64,000 nucleotides of DNA from assembly GCA_963765205.1 (NCBI GenBank), contig CAVXVB010000002.1, forward strand, positions 57,364-121,363, in the 5' to 3' direction. The position numbers and the translations under genes were made by a program. The notes beneath the pieces were generated by a model, which was not told where the DNA came from, did no database searches, and saw nothing but the letters and a program-made list of their open reading frames with translations. The DNA comes from an uncultured Verrucomicrobiae bacterium (GTDB taxonomy: Bacteria; Verrucomicrobiota; Verrucomicrobiia; Opitutales; JABDGR01). This document shows, one piece after another, positions 1 through 9,240 of this stretch; position 1 is the first letter of the stretch; each line of letters opens with the position of its first letter.

Positions 1-80
1 TTAACGGCTCAAGCAGCAAATAGCAAACCTTTGCCGGAACCTTCTGTGGGTGTCTTTTCACCACTCTGCGGCAATCAGTG

Positions 81-731
81 TCACCGGTATTCCGGCACGC
101 CGGTTTGCGCCTCCAGAATCTCGACATAGATGCCCAGGCGCGCGTCCGTCGCCGCCTTCTCGTCGAGGGTGATTTGCAGCAATTCGGCGACCGGGCCGAG
201 GCCGAGCAACTGCGCGAAGTCGCGCGCGCTGCCATAACCGGCGATCTCGAATTGTTTGACTTTGCGGACCGCCGCCACCAGCGCCCAATCGCGCGCGGGG
301 CCGTCGGGGTTTTCGGTGATGGTTTCCTCGACGCCCTGCAGGAGGCTCTCCATTTGCGCGCAGACGCGGCCATCGAATTGCCGGCCGAGCATTTCCTGCA
401 CGCGTTCGAGGCGTTGCCGATGCCCGGCGGAATGCGCAAACTCCGCCTGGCAAATTGCCCACATAACCGGGTCGGCGGCCGCCCGCCCAATGCGGGGCCA
501 CATGGCGGCCGCTTGTTGTTCCGCGCTAAAGAGTTCCTGGATTTCCTCGGTCAGCACATGGGCCAGCGTGTGCAGCCAATGCTTTTCAAGCTCACCCTCG
601 GCGGCTGGCTCTGCGGCATCCGACACAAAGCACGACAGGGTGGTGATGGGCGCGCGCAAATCCACCGCGAACGGGCTGGCGGCGTCGTCACCAAAAAAGT
701 CTTGTGAGGGGTTGGGATGAAAGTTGGGCAT
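81..731 (-). CDS. DUF892 / YciE-YciF-like ferritin-like stress protein
   Basis: The C-terminal half (ARDWALVAAVRKVKQFEIAGYGSARDFAQLLG...LDEKAATDARL) matches my recollection of E. coli YciE ([31 protein letters not shown]...EEEKATDIKL). Start placed at the internal ATG at 731 (MPNFHPNP). Confidence 0.7.
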   Translation of the reverse strand: MPNFHPNPSQDFFGDDAASPFAVDLRAPITTLSCFVSDAAEPAAEGELEKHWLHTLAHVLTEEIQELFSAEQQAAAMWPRIGRAAADPVMWAICQAEFAHSAGHRQRLERVQEMLGRQFDGRVCAQMESLLQGVEETITENPDGPARDWALVAAVRKVKQFEIAGYGSARDFAQLLGLGPVAELLQITLDEKAATDARLGIYVEILEAQTGVPEYR

Positions 732-765
732 GGACAAGAGCGGGTTGTGGCCGCGAGGGGCGGCC

Positions 766-1062
766 TCAAGAGAAGTGACCGCTTTGGGTAAGGATAAGTT
801 CCTCGAACTCTTGGCGGGGCCGGCAGGTTCGCCGTTCCAAGTGTTCGAGTAATTCGTCCTCCCGGCCTTCGCAATAAGCCAAGTCATCGTCAGTGAGGAC
901 GAGGTAGCGCTCCTTCAACTCGGTTTTGAGAAACGGCCAATGTTGCTGGAGGACCGCAACCAACATTTGGCGGTCTTGGGTCGACGCATCCGGCTCTGAT
1001 ACGAAGACCGGTGATGAGGAATGACGGATGGGTGGGGTTGGCAGGGGCAGTTCTGTTTTCAT
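766..1062 (-). CDS. Small CsbD-like stress protein (hypothetical)
   Basis: ORF 766-1122 trimmed to ATG 1062 (MKTELPL). The motif LKERYLVLTDDDLAYCEGREDELLEHLERR resembles the CsbD-type 'W..LTDDDL..I.GKRDQL.GKIQERYG'. Confidence 0.4.
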   Translation of the reverse strand: MKTELPLPTPPIRHSSSPVFVSEPDASTQDRQMLVAVLQQHWPFLKTELKERYLVLTDDDLAYCEGREDELLEHLERRTCRPRQEFEELILTQSGHFS

Positions 1063-1353
1063 AATAGACCGGTGTGGAAACCTGGTCGGCGGCGGCCTCC
1101 ATATGCGCCGCAAAACGGTCAAGTCCCCACGATCCGCTCCGTGAGGGGGGTGAAACTTAGTTTTCTAACGTTATTATACACCCATCTTCGCGGAAAATAA
1201 AGGCCTGAGCGCGTGTTTAGCACGCGGCTTATGAAACTCATTCCCTTTTTACATCATCTGGTCGGAACACCCTAACGGGAATAGGGTCTTGGCTTAGCGC
1301 GATGCGCCCAATTTCACCCGGAATCCGTCACCGACCCTTGATGGAGGTGCACG

Positions 1354-1839
1354 TTATTGCCCGCTGCGAAGATATTCTGGCAGGACTTTGGCGGGATCCC
1401 CATCACAATCAATGGACGTAACCAGCCATTTCTCCTGAGACTTGTAACAAGCAAAGCACATATACAAGCCGCCTCGTTGATACTTTCCGAAAATATAAAC
1501 GAGCATGGAGGACGGCGACAAGTTCACGGTCTTGATGATTTCCGGGGCGATAAAAGTACCGGCGACGCTTTCCTCGGCGGAAAGGCTTTTGGTGACGGCC
1601 AGTTGGGCGTTGGCGTCAATTTCCAGGCTGGAGCCACGCGACCAGGCCTCCACAGCTGTGGCATAGCCAGACTTCATGTAAATCAGAAAGCCGTTGGCGA
1701 GCGTGTCCGGCACGCCGGATATGGTGGTTGGAGTCGAGGTGGCCGCAGGCCCCGCGGGAACCGGAGTCGGGGCTTGGGCGCCGAAGGTCCAAGTGGCACC
1801 CGTCATTGCCAGGGCGAGAAGGAGGAACAGTTTTGTCAT
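1354..1839 (-). CDS. Secreted hypothetical protein
   Basis: ATG at 1839 gives MTKLFLLLALAMTGATWTFGAQA, a signal-peptide-like N-terminus followed by a Pro/Thr linker. No family recognised. Confidence 0.5.
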   Translation of the reverse strand: MTKLFLLLALAMTGATWTFGAQAPTPVPAGPAATSTPTTISGVPDTLANGFLIYMKSGYATAVEAWSRGSSLEIDANAQLAVTKSLSAEESVAGTFIAPEIIKTVNLSPSSMLVYIFGKYQRGGLYMCFACYKSQEKWLVTSIDCDGDPAKVLPEYLRSGQ

Positions 1840-2036
1840 GGGGGTTGCGTGTTGCATAAGTTAGCCAGCATATTGAGAAACAGAAATTTGTAAATTGGAG
1901 AATCGGCGGCAATTCGTTAGGGAAAATCCTTAGGATTCCCGCGTGGCCCGCTTGGGGGGACTTGCGGCCGGGCAAGTTCGAGGTTTGGCTTCCTCCTTGA
2001 CTCGCCGGCGAAGGAGTGACGAAATAAAAGACCCCT

Positions 2037-2669
2037 ATGAATAAATTCCGATGCTTACTGCTGTTCTTTTCAGCGTCTGTGGCCGGCGCGTTGCCTTTGA
2101 CGGCCCAAACTGCTCCGGCGGCTGCGCCGGCCGACACCGTGGCGGTTCCGCCGCCACCCCCTGCCCGGACCAGCCCGCATGAGACGATTAGTTTGCACAT
2201 CGGCAGTGGTGGCAATGCTGCGCCGCTGGTGACCATCACTTACGGGCGCCCTTATTCCAAAGACCCCAAGGCCCCCACCACGATTCGCAAAATTTGGGGC
2301 ACGCTGGTGCCGTGGGACAAGGTTTGGCGCATGGGTTCCGACGAGGCCACGACCTTGGTCACCCAGCAGCCGCTGGACATTGGCGGCACGACGGTGCCCG
2401 CCGGCGCGTATACCCTTTGCATGTTTCCCACCGAGCAAGGCCCGACCAAGCTGATCGTCAACAAGCAAATCGGGCAATGGGGCATTCCCTACACGGCCGC
2501 CATCCAGGCCAACGAACTGGCGCGCATTGACATGAAGAAGGCCACCCTGGACAAACAAGTGGACGAGTTCACCATTGCGCTGGTGGCGGATCCGGCAACC
2601 GGCGGCGGCATTCTCAAGGCCTTTTGGGAAACCACGCAGTATTCGGTGCCGTTCAAGTTGATCAAGTAA
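2037..2669 (+). CDS. DUF2911 domain protein (secreted)
   Basis: Signal peptide present. TITYGRP...IWGTLVPWDKVWRMGSDEATTL...GGTTVPAGAYTL...LIVNKQ fits the DUF2911 pattern as I remember it. Confidence 0.7.
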   Translation: MNKFRCLLLFFSASVAGALPLTAQTAPAAAPADTVAVPPPPPARTSPHETISLHIGSGGNAAPLVTITYGRPYSKDPKAPTTIRKIWGTLVPWDKVWRMGSDEATTLVTQQPLDIGGTTVPAGAYTLCMFPTEQGPTKLIVNKQIGQWGIPYTAAIQANELARIDMKKATLDKQVDEFTIALVADPATGGGILKAFWETTQYSVPFKLIK

Positions 2670-2692
2670 GACGCCCCCCCGCCATCATCGCC

Positions 2693-5209
2693 ATGCGACG
2701 AGGCCCCGCCATTGTCCGCTTTGCCGCCTTGGGCTTTGCCGTGCTGGCGGCGCTGATGTCCGGTGTTCGCGCCCAGGCGACCGCGGCCGGCGCGCCCCCG
2801 CCCGCGGGGATGGCGTTGTTGCAGGACTTGCGCAGTTTTGACGAGCTGGGCAGTGTGCTCTACATCGCCGCGCATCCCGACGATGAGAACAACCAGTTGC
2901 TGGCGTATCTCGCGCGCGGGCGCTATTACCGCACGGCCTACCTGTCGCTCAACCGCGGCGAAGGCGGGCAAAATGAACTCGGCCCCGAATTGGGCGCGGA
3001 ACTCGGCGTGATCCGCACGCAGGAATTGCTCGCGGCCCGACAGGTGGACGGCGCGCGGCAGTTTTTTTCCCGCGCGTTTGATTTTGGCTACTCCAAAAGT
3101 CCCGAGGAGACCTTGCGCATCTGGGACCACCAGGCGGTTTTGTCCGACATGGTGCGCATCATCCGCGAGTTCCGGCCCGACGTGCTGATCACGCGCTTTT
3201 CGCCGCCGCCCAGCAACACGCACGGGCATCACACCGCCTCGACGATCATCGCGCAGGAGGCCTTCAAAATCGCGGGCGATCCCAAGGCGTTCCCCGAGCA
3301 ACTAGCGGAGGGGCTGACGCCGTGGCAACCCAAACGCATTCTCTATAATGGTGTCATCGCTGGCAGCAATGCCGGTGTCGTGCGCCTCAGCACTGCGGGC
3401 AACGACCCGGTGAATGGCGAGTCCTTCGCTTCGATTGCGGCGCGCGCCCGCTCGATGCACAAAACCCAGGGCTTTGGCGATACCGTGGCTGGCGGCGGCC
3501 CGGCGACTGAAGCATTCCAGCTTCTCGACGGCGAACCGGCGACGAACGACATTCTCGATGGCGTGGACCCCACCTGGGGTCGTTATCCAGGTGGCGCGGA
3601 AATCGGCCAGCTGACTGATGCCGCCATCGCCCAATTTAAACCAGACGATCTGGCGGCCAGCGTGCCCGCGTTGCTGGAGATTCGCGCGAAGCTGGCCACG
3701 CTGCCGAAGGACCCCGTGGTGGATGAAAAACGCGTGCAACTCGACCAAATCCTGCAAGGCTGCCTCGGCCTCACCGTCGAGACCACCATTCCCAACGCGG
3801 AAGTGGTGCCGGGCGAGGAATTGAAAATGCATTCAACGGCGCTGGTGCGTTCCGCCATTCCCGTCCAATGGGTCGGCACGCGTTATACGGGCGTCAATGA
3901 CCAAATCACTTCCGTGGGCGCGGTAAATTTGATCGCCGATCAGCCGGCCAGCCGGGACTCGACCCAAACTTTGTCGCCTACCACTCTCCTAACCACGCCC
4001 TATTGGCTGCGCGCACAAGGCACGGCAGGCATGCTTCGCGTGGACGATCCCGCGCTGATTGGGCGGCCGGATAACCCGCCGGTGTATCCCCTCGAGCAGG
4101 TCTTCGAAGTCGGCGGCCAAACTTTGGAAATTCCCGATGAGCCGGTGCAGATCACGAACGACCCGGCAACCGGCGAGACGCATCGCCGGCTCGATGTGAT
4201 TGCCCCGGTGGCGCTCAGTTTTGCGAACGAAGTGCAGCTTTTTGCGCCCGGCGCAACCAAGTCGGTCGAGGTTGAAATCACGGCATTTCGCGCGGTCAAC
4301 CGCGGCACGGTGCAACTGGACGCGCCCGCCGGGTGGAAAGTCACTCCGGCGTTGCAGCCCTTCCAACTCGCCGCCGTGGGCGATAAAATGAAGTTCGCTT
4401 TCAACATCACGGCCCCGGCGCAACTGACTTCCGCCAACATCTCGGCGCAGGTGGACATCAACGGCGCGCACTTTGCCAATGAACGCATTGTCCTCCACTA
4501 CCCGCATATTCCTGTGCAGATGCTCCAGCCGCCCGCGCAATTCAAGGCGGTGGCGCTCGACCTCGCCATCCGGGGCCAGAAAGTCGGCTACCTGCCGGGC
4601 GCGGGCGACAGCGTGGCGGCGGCGCTCGAGGAAATGGGTTACGCGGTCACCGAACTCACCGGCGCGGATTTGACGCCGGAAAAATTGCGCGGGCTGGATG
4701 CCGTCGTGCTTGGCGTGCGCGCATTTAACGAGCGCACGGATCTCGCTCCGAATCTGCCGGGCCTCTTTGCCTACGTCGAGCAGGGCGGCACCGTCATCGC
4801 GCAATACAACCGGCCGAGCGGATTGCAGACCACGACCCTCGGGCCGTATGCCCTTTCCATTGCGGGCCAGGCGCCGCCGTTGCGGGTGACCGATGCGAAC
4901 TCGCCGGTGCAAATCCTCGTGCCCGACCATCCCGCCTTCACGACGCCGAACAAAATCACCGCGGCGGATTTCGACGGCTGGGTGCAGGAGCGCGGCGCGT
5001 ATTTTCCGAGTTCGTGGGACAAGGCGCACTACGCGGCGTTGCTGGCCATGAGCGATCCCGGCGAGACGCAGCCCAGCAGCAGCCTGCTCGTAGCCAAATA
5101 CGGCCGGGGATATTATGTTTACACCGCGCTCGGCTGGTTCCGGCAGCTCCCGGCGGGCGTCCCCGGCGCTTACCGGCTGTTTGCCAACCTCGTTTCGCTC
5201 GGCAAATGA
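2693..5209 (+). CDS. PIG-L/LmbE-family deacetylase with a large C-terminal ThuA/GATase1-like region; signal peptide
   Basis: AAHPDDENNQLLAYLARG...LSLNRGEGGQNELG and THGHHTAS are PIG-L motifs. ATG 2693 gives MRRGPAIVRFAALGFAVLAALMSGVRAQA. The C-terminal GYLPGAGDSV...LDAVVLGVRAF...GGTVIAQY is ThuA-like. Confidence 0.8.
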   Translation: MRRGPAIVRFAALGFAVLAALMSGVRAQATAAGAPPPAGMALLQDLRSFDELGSVLYIAAHPDDENNQLLAYLARGRYYRTAYLSLNRGEGGQNELGPELGAELGVIRTQELLAARQVDGARQFFSRAFDFGYSKSPEETLRIWDHQAVLSDMVRIIREFRPDVLITRFSPPPSNTHGHHTASTIIAQEAFKIAGDPKAFPEQLAEGLTPWQPKRILYNGVIAGSNAGVVRLSTAGNDPVNGESFASIAARARSMHKTQGFGDTVAGGGPATEAFQLLDGEPATNDILDGVDPTWGRYPGGAEIGQLTDAAIAQFKPDDLAASVPALLEIRAKLATLPKDPVVDEKRVQLDQILQGCLGLTVETTIPNAEVVPGEELKMHSTALVRSAIPVQWVGTRYTGVNDQITSVGAVNLIADQPASRDSTQTLSPTTLLTTPYWLRAQGTAGMLRVDDPALIGRPDNPPVYPLEQVFEVGGQTLEIPDEPVQITNDPATGETHRRLDVIAPVALSFANEVQLFAPGATKSVEVEITAFRAVNRGTVQLDAPAGWKVTPALQPFQLAAVGDKMKFAFNITAPAQLTSANISAQVDINGAHFANERIVLHYPHIPVQMLQPPAQFKAVALDLAIRGQKVGYLPGAGDSVAAALEEMGYAVTELTGADLTPEKLRGLDAVVLGVRAFNERTDLAPNLPGLFAYVEQGGTVIAQYNRPSGLQTTTLGPYALSIAGQAPPLRVTDANSPVQILVPDHPAFTTPNKITAADFDGWVQERGAYFPSSWDKAHYAALLAMSDPGETQPSSSLLVAKYGRGYYVYTALGWFRQLPAGVPGAYRLFANLVSLGK

Positions 5210-5376
5210 AGCCGCCCGCGCCCCAGCATGAAGCCGGTGTATCGCCGGGCACTTCGGAAAATGAAGCGACCGGCTTGCCGGGCTTCCGTACCTGGCGCGC
5301 GGTTTATTGGTTCGTGGCCGGCGTGTTTGCGGCGGTCGTCGGACTGCTCACCGTGCTTTCCCGGATGTTTTCGTGA
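5206..5376 (+). CDS. Small single-TM protein, translationally coupled
   Basis: The ATG at 5206 overlaps the upstream TGA (ATGA). One hydrophobic helix (WRAVYWFVAGVFAAVVGLLTVL). Its TGA overlaps the GTG of the next gene (GTGA). Confidence 0.4.
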   Translation: MKPPAPQHEAGVSPGTSENEATGLPGFRTWRAVYWFVAGVFAAVVGLLTVLSRMFS

Positions 5377-7088
5377 ACACCCTCGACTACGTTGTGCTGT
5401 TTGGCACCCTGCTCGGCATCGCCCTTTACGGCGTGTGGCGCACGCGCGGCCGGCGCGACTTGCGCGGCTACCTGAAGGGTGACGGCCAGGCGCGCTGGTT
5501 CATCATCGGCCTTTCCGTCATTGCCACCCAGGCCAGCGCGACGACGTTTTTGTCCATTCCCGGCCAGGGCTACCAGGACGGCCTGGGCTTTGTGCAAAAT
5601 TATTTTGGCGGGCCGTTCGCGATGATCCTGATCGCCGCGGTTTTCTTGCCGATTTTCCGGCGCCTGCAGGTGTTCACCGCCTATGAATTTCTGGGCCGGC
5701 GCTTCGACAGCAAGACGCGGCTGCTCGGTGCGGCGCTGTTCCTCACCCAGCGGGGCATTGGCGCGGCGCTGACCATTTACGCGCCGGCCATCGTGCTGTC
5801 GGCCGTCTTCGGCTGGCCGCTCAATTGGACCATTATTTGCAGCGGGCTGGTCTGCGTCGTCTATACGGTCACGGGCGGCAGCGACGCCGTGCGGCTCACA
5901 CAAAAATACCAGTTGGGCATCATCTGCGCGGCGATGGTGGCGGCTTTTTTTCTTTTGCTGGCGAAGATGCCCACGGGTTTTCGCGACACGCTGGCGCTGG
6001 CCGGGGGCTTCCACAAATTGGCGGCGGTGGATTTTTCGCCCAACCTGCACACGCGCTACACGTTCTGGTCAGGCACCATCGGCGGCTTTTTCCTCGCGCT
6101 GGCGTATTTCGGCGCCGACCAGTCGCAGGTGCAGCGCTATATTGGCGGCGCTTCGCTGCGCGACGGCCGCCTCGGGTTGATGTTTCACGCGGTGTGCAAA
6201 ATCCCGATGCAGTTTTTTATTCTGCTGCTCGGCGTGCTGCTGTTTGTGTTCTACCAGTTTGCGCCGTCGCCGCTGCTGTATGCGCGCCAGTCGCGCGAAT
6301 TCCTCGCGCAAAACGCCCCCGCGGAAAAACTGCAACCCATCGAGGCGGAATTTGCGGACGCGCGCAATGCGGAGGGGCAGCAATTGCAGGCGTGGCTGGC
6401 CGCACGCCGGACCGGGGATGCCGCGTCCGCACTGGCCGCGTTGACGGCCGCGCAGACTGCAAATGCGCAGAGTGCGGACGCCCGCCAGCGCGCCGGCGAT
6501 TTACTGGAGGGCCTGCATCCGCCGACCAAGGCCAACGAGGCCGACTATGTTTTTATCACTTTCATCCTGAATTATCTGCCGCACGGGTTGATCGGCCTGC
6601 TCGTGGCCGCATTTTTTGCCGCGGCGCTTAGTTCGAAGGCCGCCGAGCTGAACGCGCTGGCTTCCTCGACCACGGTGGATTTCTACCGCCATCTCTGGCG
6701 GCGCGACGCGACGCAGGCGCACTATGTTTTCGCCTCGAAATGTTTCACGGCCTTCTGGGGGTTATTCGCCATCATCGCGGCCATCTATGCCAACCTGGTC
6801 GAGAACATCGTGCAGGCGGCGAACATCATTGGCTCGCTGTTTTACGGCCCGGTGCTGGGTTTGTTTTTAATGGCGTTTTTCATCCCGCGCGTGCGCGGCA
6901 CGGCGGCGTTTTGGGGCGCGCTCGCGGCCCAGGCGCTGGTGCTGGTGCTCTACCATTACGACGTGCTCGGTATTTCCTACCTCTGGTTTAATGTGCTCGG
7001 CCCGGCGCTGTGCGTGCTGTTCAGCCTCGTCATCCAGGCCGCCATCGGTTTTGCTCCTCCGACCCCCGCCGCGCCGGCCGCCCCATGA
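5373..7088 (+). CDS. Sodium:solute symporter (SSS) family transporter
   Basis: Multi-TM protein with SSS-like segments (GLSVIATQASATTFLSIPGQGY, YEFLGRRF). Start set to GTG 5373 (VNTLDYVVLFG), overlapping the previous stop. Confidence 0.85.
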   Translation: MNTLDYVVLFGTLLGIALYGVWRTRGRRDLRGYLKGDGQARWFIIGLSVIATQASATTFLSIPGQGYQDGLGFVQNYFGGPFAMILIAAVFLPIFRRLQVFTAYEFLGRRFDSKTRLLGAALFLTQRGIGAALTIYAPAIVLSAVFGWPLNWTIICSGLVCVVYTVTGGSDAVRLTQKYQLGIICAAMVAAFFLLLAKMPTGFRDTLALAGGFHKLAAVDFSPNLHTRYTFWSGTIGGFFLALAYFGADQSQVQRYIGGASLRDGRLGLMFHAVCKIPMQFFILLLGVLLFVFYQFAPSPLLYARQSREFLAQNAPAEKLQPIEAEFADARNAEGQQLQAWLAARRTGDAASALAALTAAQTANAQSADARQRAGDLLEGLHPPTKANEADYVFITFILNYLPHGLIGLLVAAFFAAALSSKAAELNALASSTTVDFYRHLWRRDATQAHYVFASKCFTAFWGLFAIIAAIYANLVENIVQAANIIGSLFYGPVLGLFLMAFFIPRVRGTAAFWGALAAQALVLVLYHYDVLGISYLWFNVLGPALCVLFSLVIQAAIGFAPPTPAAPAAP

Positions 7089-7852
7089 CGACGCCCCGCA
7101 TCTGTTTCGGCCAGCAACCCTGCGGATTTTTCCCGAAGCGGTTTCTGTTCGCCAAAATCGCCACGGCCCGCCGGCTCCAGGCCGAACTCGGCGGCGAAAT
7201 TGTCTTCTTCTACCACGACAGCGACCACGACCCGCGCGAAACAACGACTATTTTGCATTACCTCCGCACCGGCGAGGCGGCGCGCCTTAACTTCGCCTTC
7301 GCCAATAAAATCCAGCGCAAGTGGTCACCCCTCTACCTCAAGCGGGTTTTGCCCGACTGGCACGCGAACACGACCCGACAATTACCGGCTTTTGTCGACC
7401 AGCGCTGGGTCGCGGCGTTCAAAAACATCGCACTGACGAACGTCGCCGACTTTTGCCTTGAGATGTATCGCGCAATGGGCCTACTCGACCATATCCGCGT
7501 CGTGCGCTCGAGCGACCCGGCCGTGCGCCGCGCGGCGTGCGAGGTGGCGGATTATTTTGTGGACGTGCCTTTTCAGGGCGAAATCGCGCGGGCGCGGGTG
7601 GTCGCGGGCGCGCTGCAATTGCACCAGGGCGGGAGTTGCCATTTGACGCTGCCGCTGGTTGACTTGACGAAGGAGCAGGTCAGCCCCGCGCGCGACACGC
7701 GCCTGCGCTGGATGCAGTCCGTCGTGCGCTGCACGTACTACGTGGCCGGCCTCGGCGAACAAGCCTACCTGAACCGCGCCGACGCCCCCGACGTCACCTT
7801 TATCAACCGCGACGAAATCGAACGATCCGATGAAGCCTACACCGACACCTAA
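7085..7852 (+). CDS. Short BshC-like protein (about 255 aa; candidate minimal bacillithiol cysteine-adding enzyme homolog)
   Basis: ATGA overlap with the SSS stop. ICFGQQPCGFFPKRFLFAKI...VFFYHDSDHDPRE parallels the BshC N-terminal motifs I recall (GQQ.GL..GPLY...K ... FW.A.EDHD..E). YVAGLGEQAYL parallels BshC AGPGE..YW. Sits directly upstream of the bshB-like and bshA genes. Confidence 0.45.
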   Translation: MTTPRICFGQQPCGFFPKRFLFAKIATARRLQAELGGEIVFFYHDSDHDPRETTTILHYLRTGEAARLNFAFANKIQRKWSPLYLKRVLPDWHANTTRQLPAFVDQRWVAAFKNIALTNVADFCLEMYRAMGLLDHIRVVRSSDPAVRRAACEVADYFVDVPFQGEIARARVVAGALQLHQGGSCHLTLPLVDLTKEQVSPARDTRLRWMQSVVRCTYYVAGLGEQAYLNRADAPDVTFINRDEIERSDEAYTDT

Positions 7853-8534
7853 TAACGCGACTCTCCTGGCCTTTGGCGCGCACCCCGATGATATTGAATT
7901 CGGCTGCGGCGGCGTCATCGCGCGCGAGACCCGCGCGGGTTGCGCCGCGCACTTCGTCGTCTGCTCGCGCGGCGAGGCCGGCACCAACGGCACGCCGCGC
8001 CAGCGCGTGGCCGAGGCCAAAAGCGCGGCCGGCATCCTCGGCGCAACCCTCGAATTTCTCGAGCTGGACGGCGACGCGCACCTCGAAGTGCGCGCCGCGC
8101 ACGCGCTGAAACTGGCGCGCATCCTCCGCCGCGTGCGGCCCGCCGTGGTGCTTGCGCCGACGGTCGATCCCAACCAGCATCCCGACCACTGGCGGCTGGG
8201 CCAGCTCGTGCGCGACGCCGCGCGCCTCGCGCGTTACGGCGGCTTAAAGGAATTGCGCCCGCTCGCCCCGCACACGATTGGCCGGCTTTTCTTCTACGCC
8301 GTCACCCCCGACGCCGAGCCGCCCGGCGCGCTGCCGATGCTGGTGGACATCTCCCCGCCCGCAATCATGCAAGCCTGGACCGCCGCGATGAAAGCCCACG
8401 CCTCGCAAATGAAAACCCGCAACTACGTCGAGTTCCAACTCGCCCGCGCTAGAGTGCATGGCATGAGGGCCGGGCTGAAATTCGCGCAGGCGCTGTTTCC
8501 GAACGACCCACTCGTTTTGGATTCTATTATCTGA
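7830..8534 (+). CDS. bshB: PIG-L family deacetylase, BshB-like
   Basis: LLAFGAHPDDIEFGCGGVIA...SRGEAGTNG...HPDH motifs. The neighbouring bshA supports the assignment. Confidence 0.7.
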   Translation: MKPTPTPNNATLLAFGAHPDDIEFGCGGVIARETRAGCAAHFVVCSRGEAGTNGTPRQRVAEAKSAAGILGATLEFLELDGDAHLEVRAAHALKLARILRRVRPAVVLAPTVDPNQHPDHWRLGQLVRDAARLARYGGLKELRPLAPHTIGRLFFYAVTPDAEPPGALPMLVDISPPAIMQAWTAAMKAHASQMKTRNYVEFQLARARVHGMRAGLKFAQALFPNDPLVLDSII

Positions 8535-8559
8535 TTTTGAACTTTAATGCATTTTTCTT

Positions 8560-9240
8560 GTGTCGATCACTACCAAAATTAACGCTTTTCAAAAGCGGGG
8601 TCAAAGCGATCAGCATCATCGCTATTACTCCTGGGTATATTGCTATCGCTATTTTCAAAGTTCTTGGAACGATGGAGGTTTCACATCCAAAGACGAAGCT
8701 GCATTGCAGCTTGGTTTTTATCTGGCGAGTTGGGGTATGTATAGGGGATCAGGCTTCCTTTTAAAAAAAGCGTATACCATCCACATTGATACTGTTCAGT
8801 TGTTATTAGAAAAACGATGGCGCCCCCTTTGGTGCACTGAATTTGGGGTCCGTTTTAACGATCAGGAATTGATAGACCTTGCCTTGAAGCTTTTTAAAAG
8901 CATTCATCAGTGCTATCGTTCTAATGATTCTAGTATTCCAACAAACCAACCTAGTGACACGCTAATCACAAAAATTCTTTTAGGGACGGTTGGCTGCTTG
9001 CCGGCTTGTGATCGTTGCTTTGTCGCGGCTTTTAAGCATGAAAAAAACCCATTTTCTTCTGTGAACGAAAAATTTATTTACCGACTTATTGAATTCTGCG
9101 GGGAAAATGTAAGAGAGCTGAACGCCATCCAGCGTTCTATAGAGCAAAAGGACGGGTTTCGTTTCCCTATTATGAAGCTAGTAGATATGTATTTTTACCA
9201 AGTAGGTCGCGACTTGGATTCAAATTCGGAAAAAGACTAA
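8560..9240 (+). CDS. Hypothetical protein on a low-GC insert
   Basis: 226-aa ORF starting at GTG 8560, about 42% GC (hand count of 8561-8680) against about 60-65% in the flanks. Its TAA overlaps the bshA ATG (TAATG). Motifs HHRYYSW..CYRYF, LASWGMYRGSGFLL and ILLGTVGCLPACDRCF look family-like but I cannot name the family. Confidence 0.6.
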   Translation: MSITTKINAFQKRGQSDQHHRYYSWVYCYRYFQSSWNDGGFTSKDEAALQLGFYLASWGMYRGSGFLLKKAYTIHIDTVQLLLEKRWRPLWCTEFGVRFNDQELIDLALKLFKSIHQCYRSNDSSIPTNQPSDTLITKILLGTVGCLPACDRCFVAAFKHEKNPFSSVNEKFIYRLIEFCGENVRELNAIQRSIEQKDGFRFPIMKLVDMYFYQVGRDLDSNSEKD

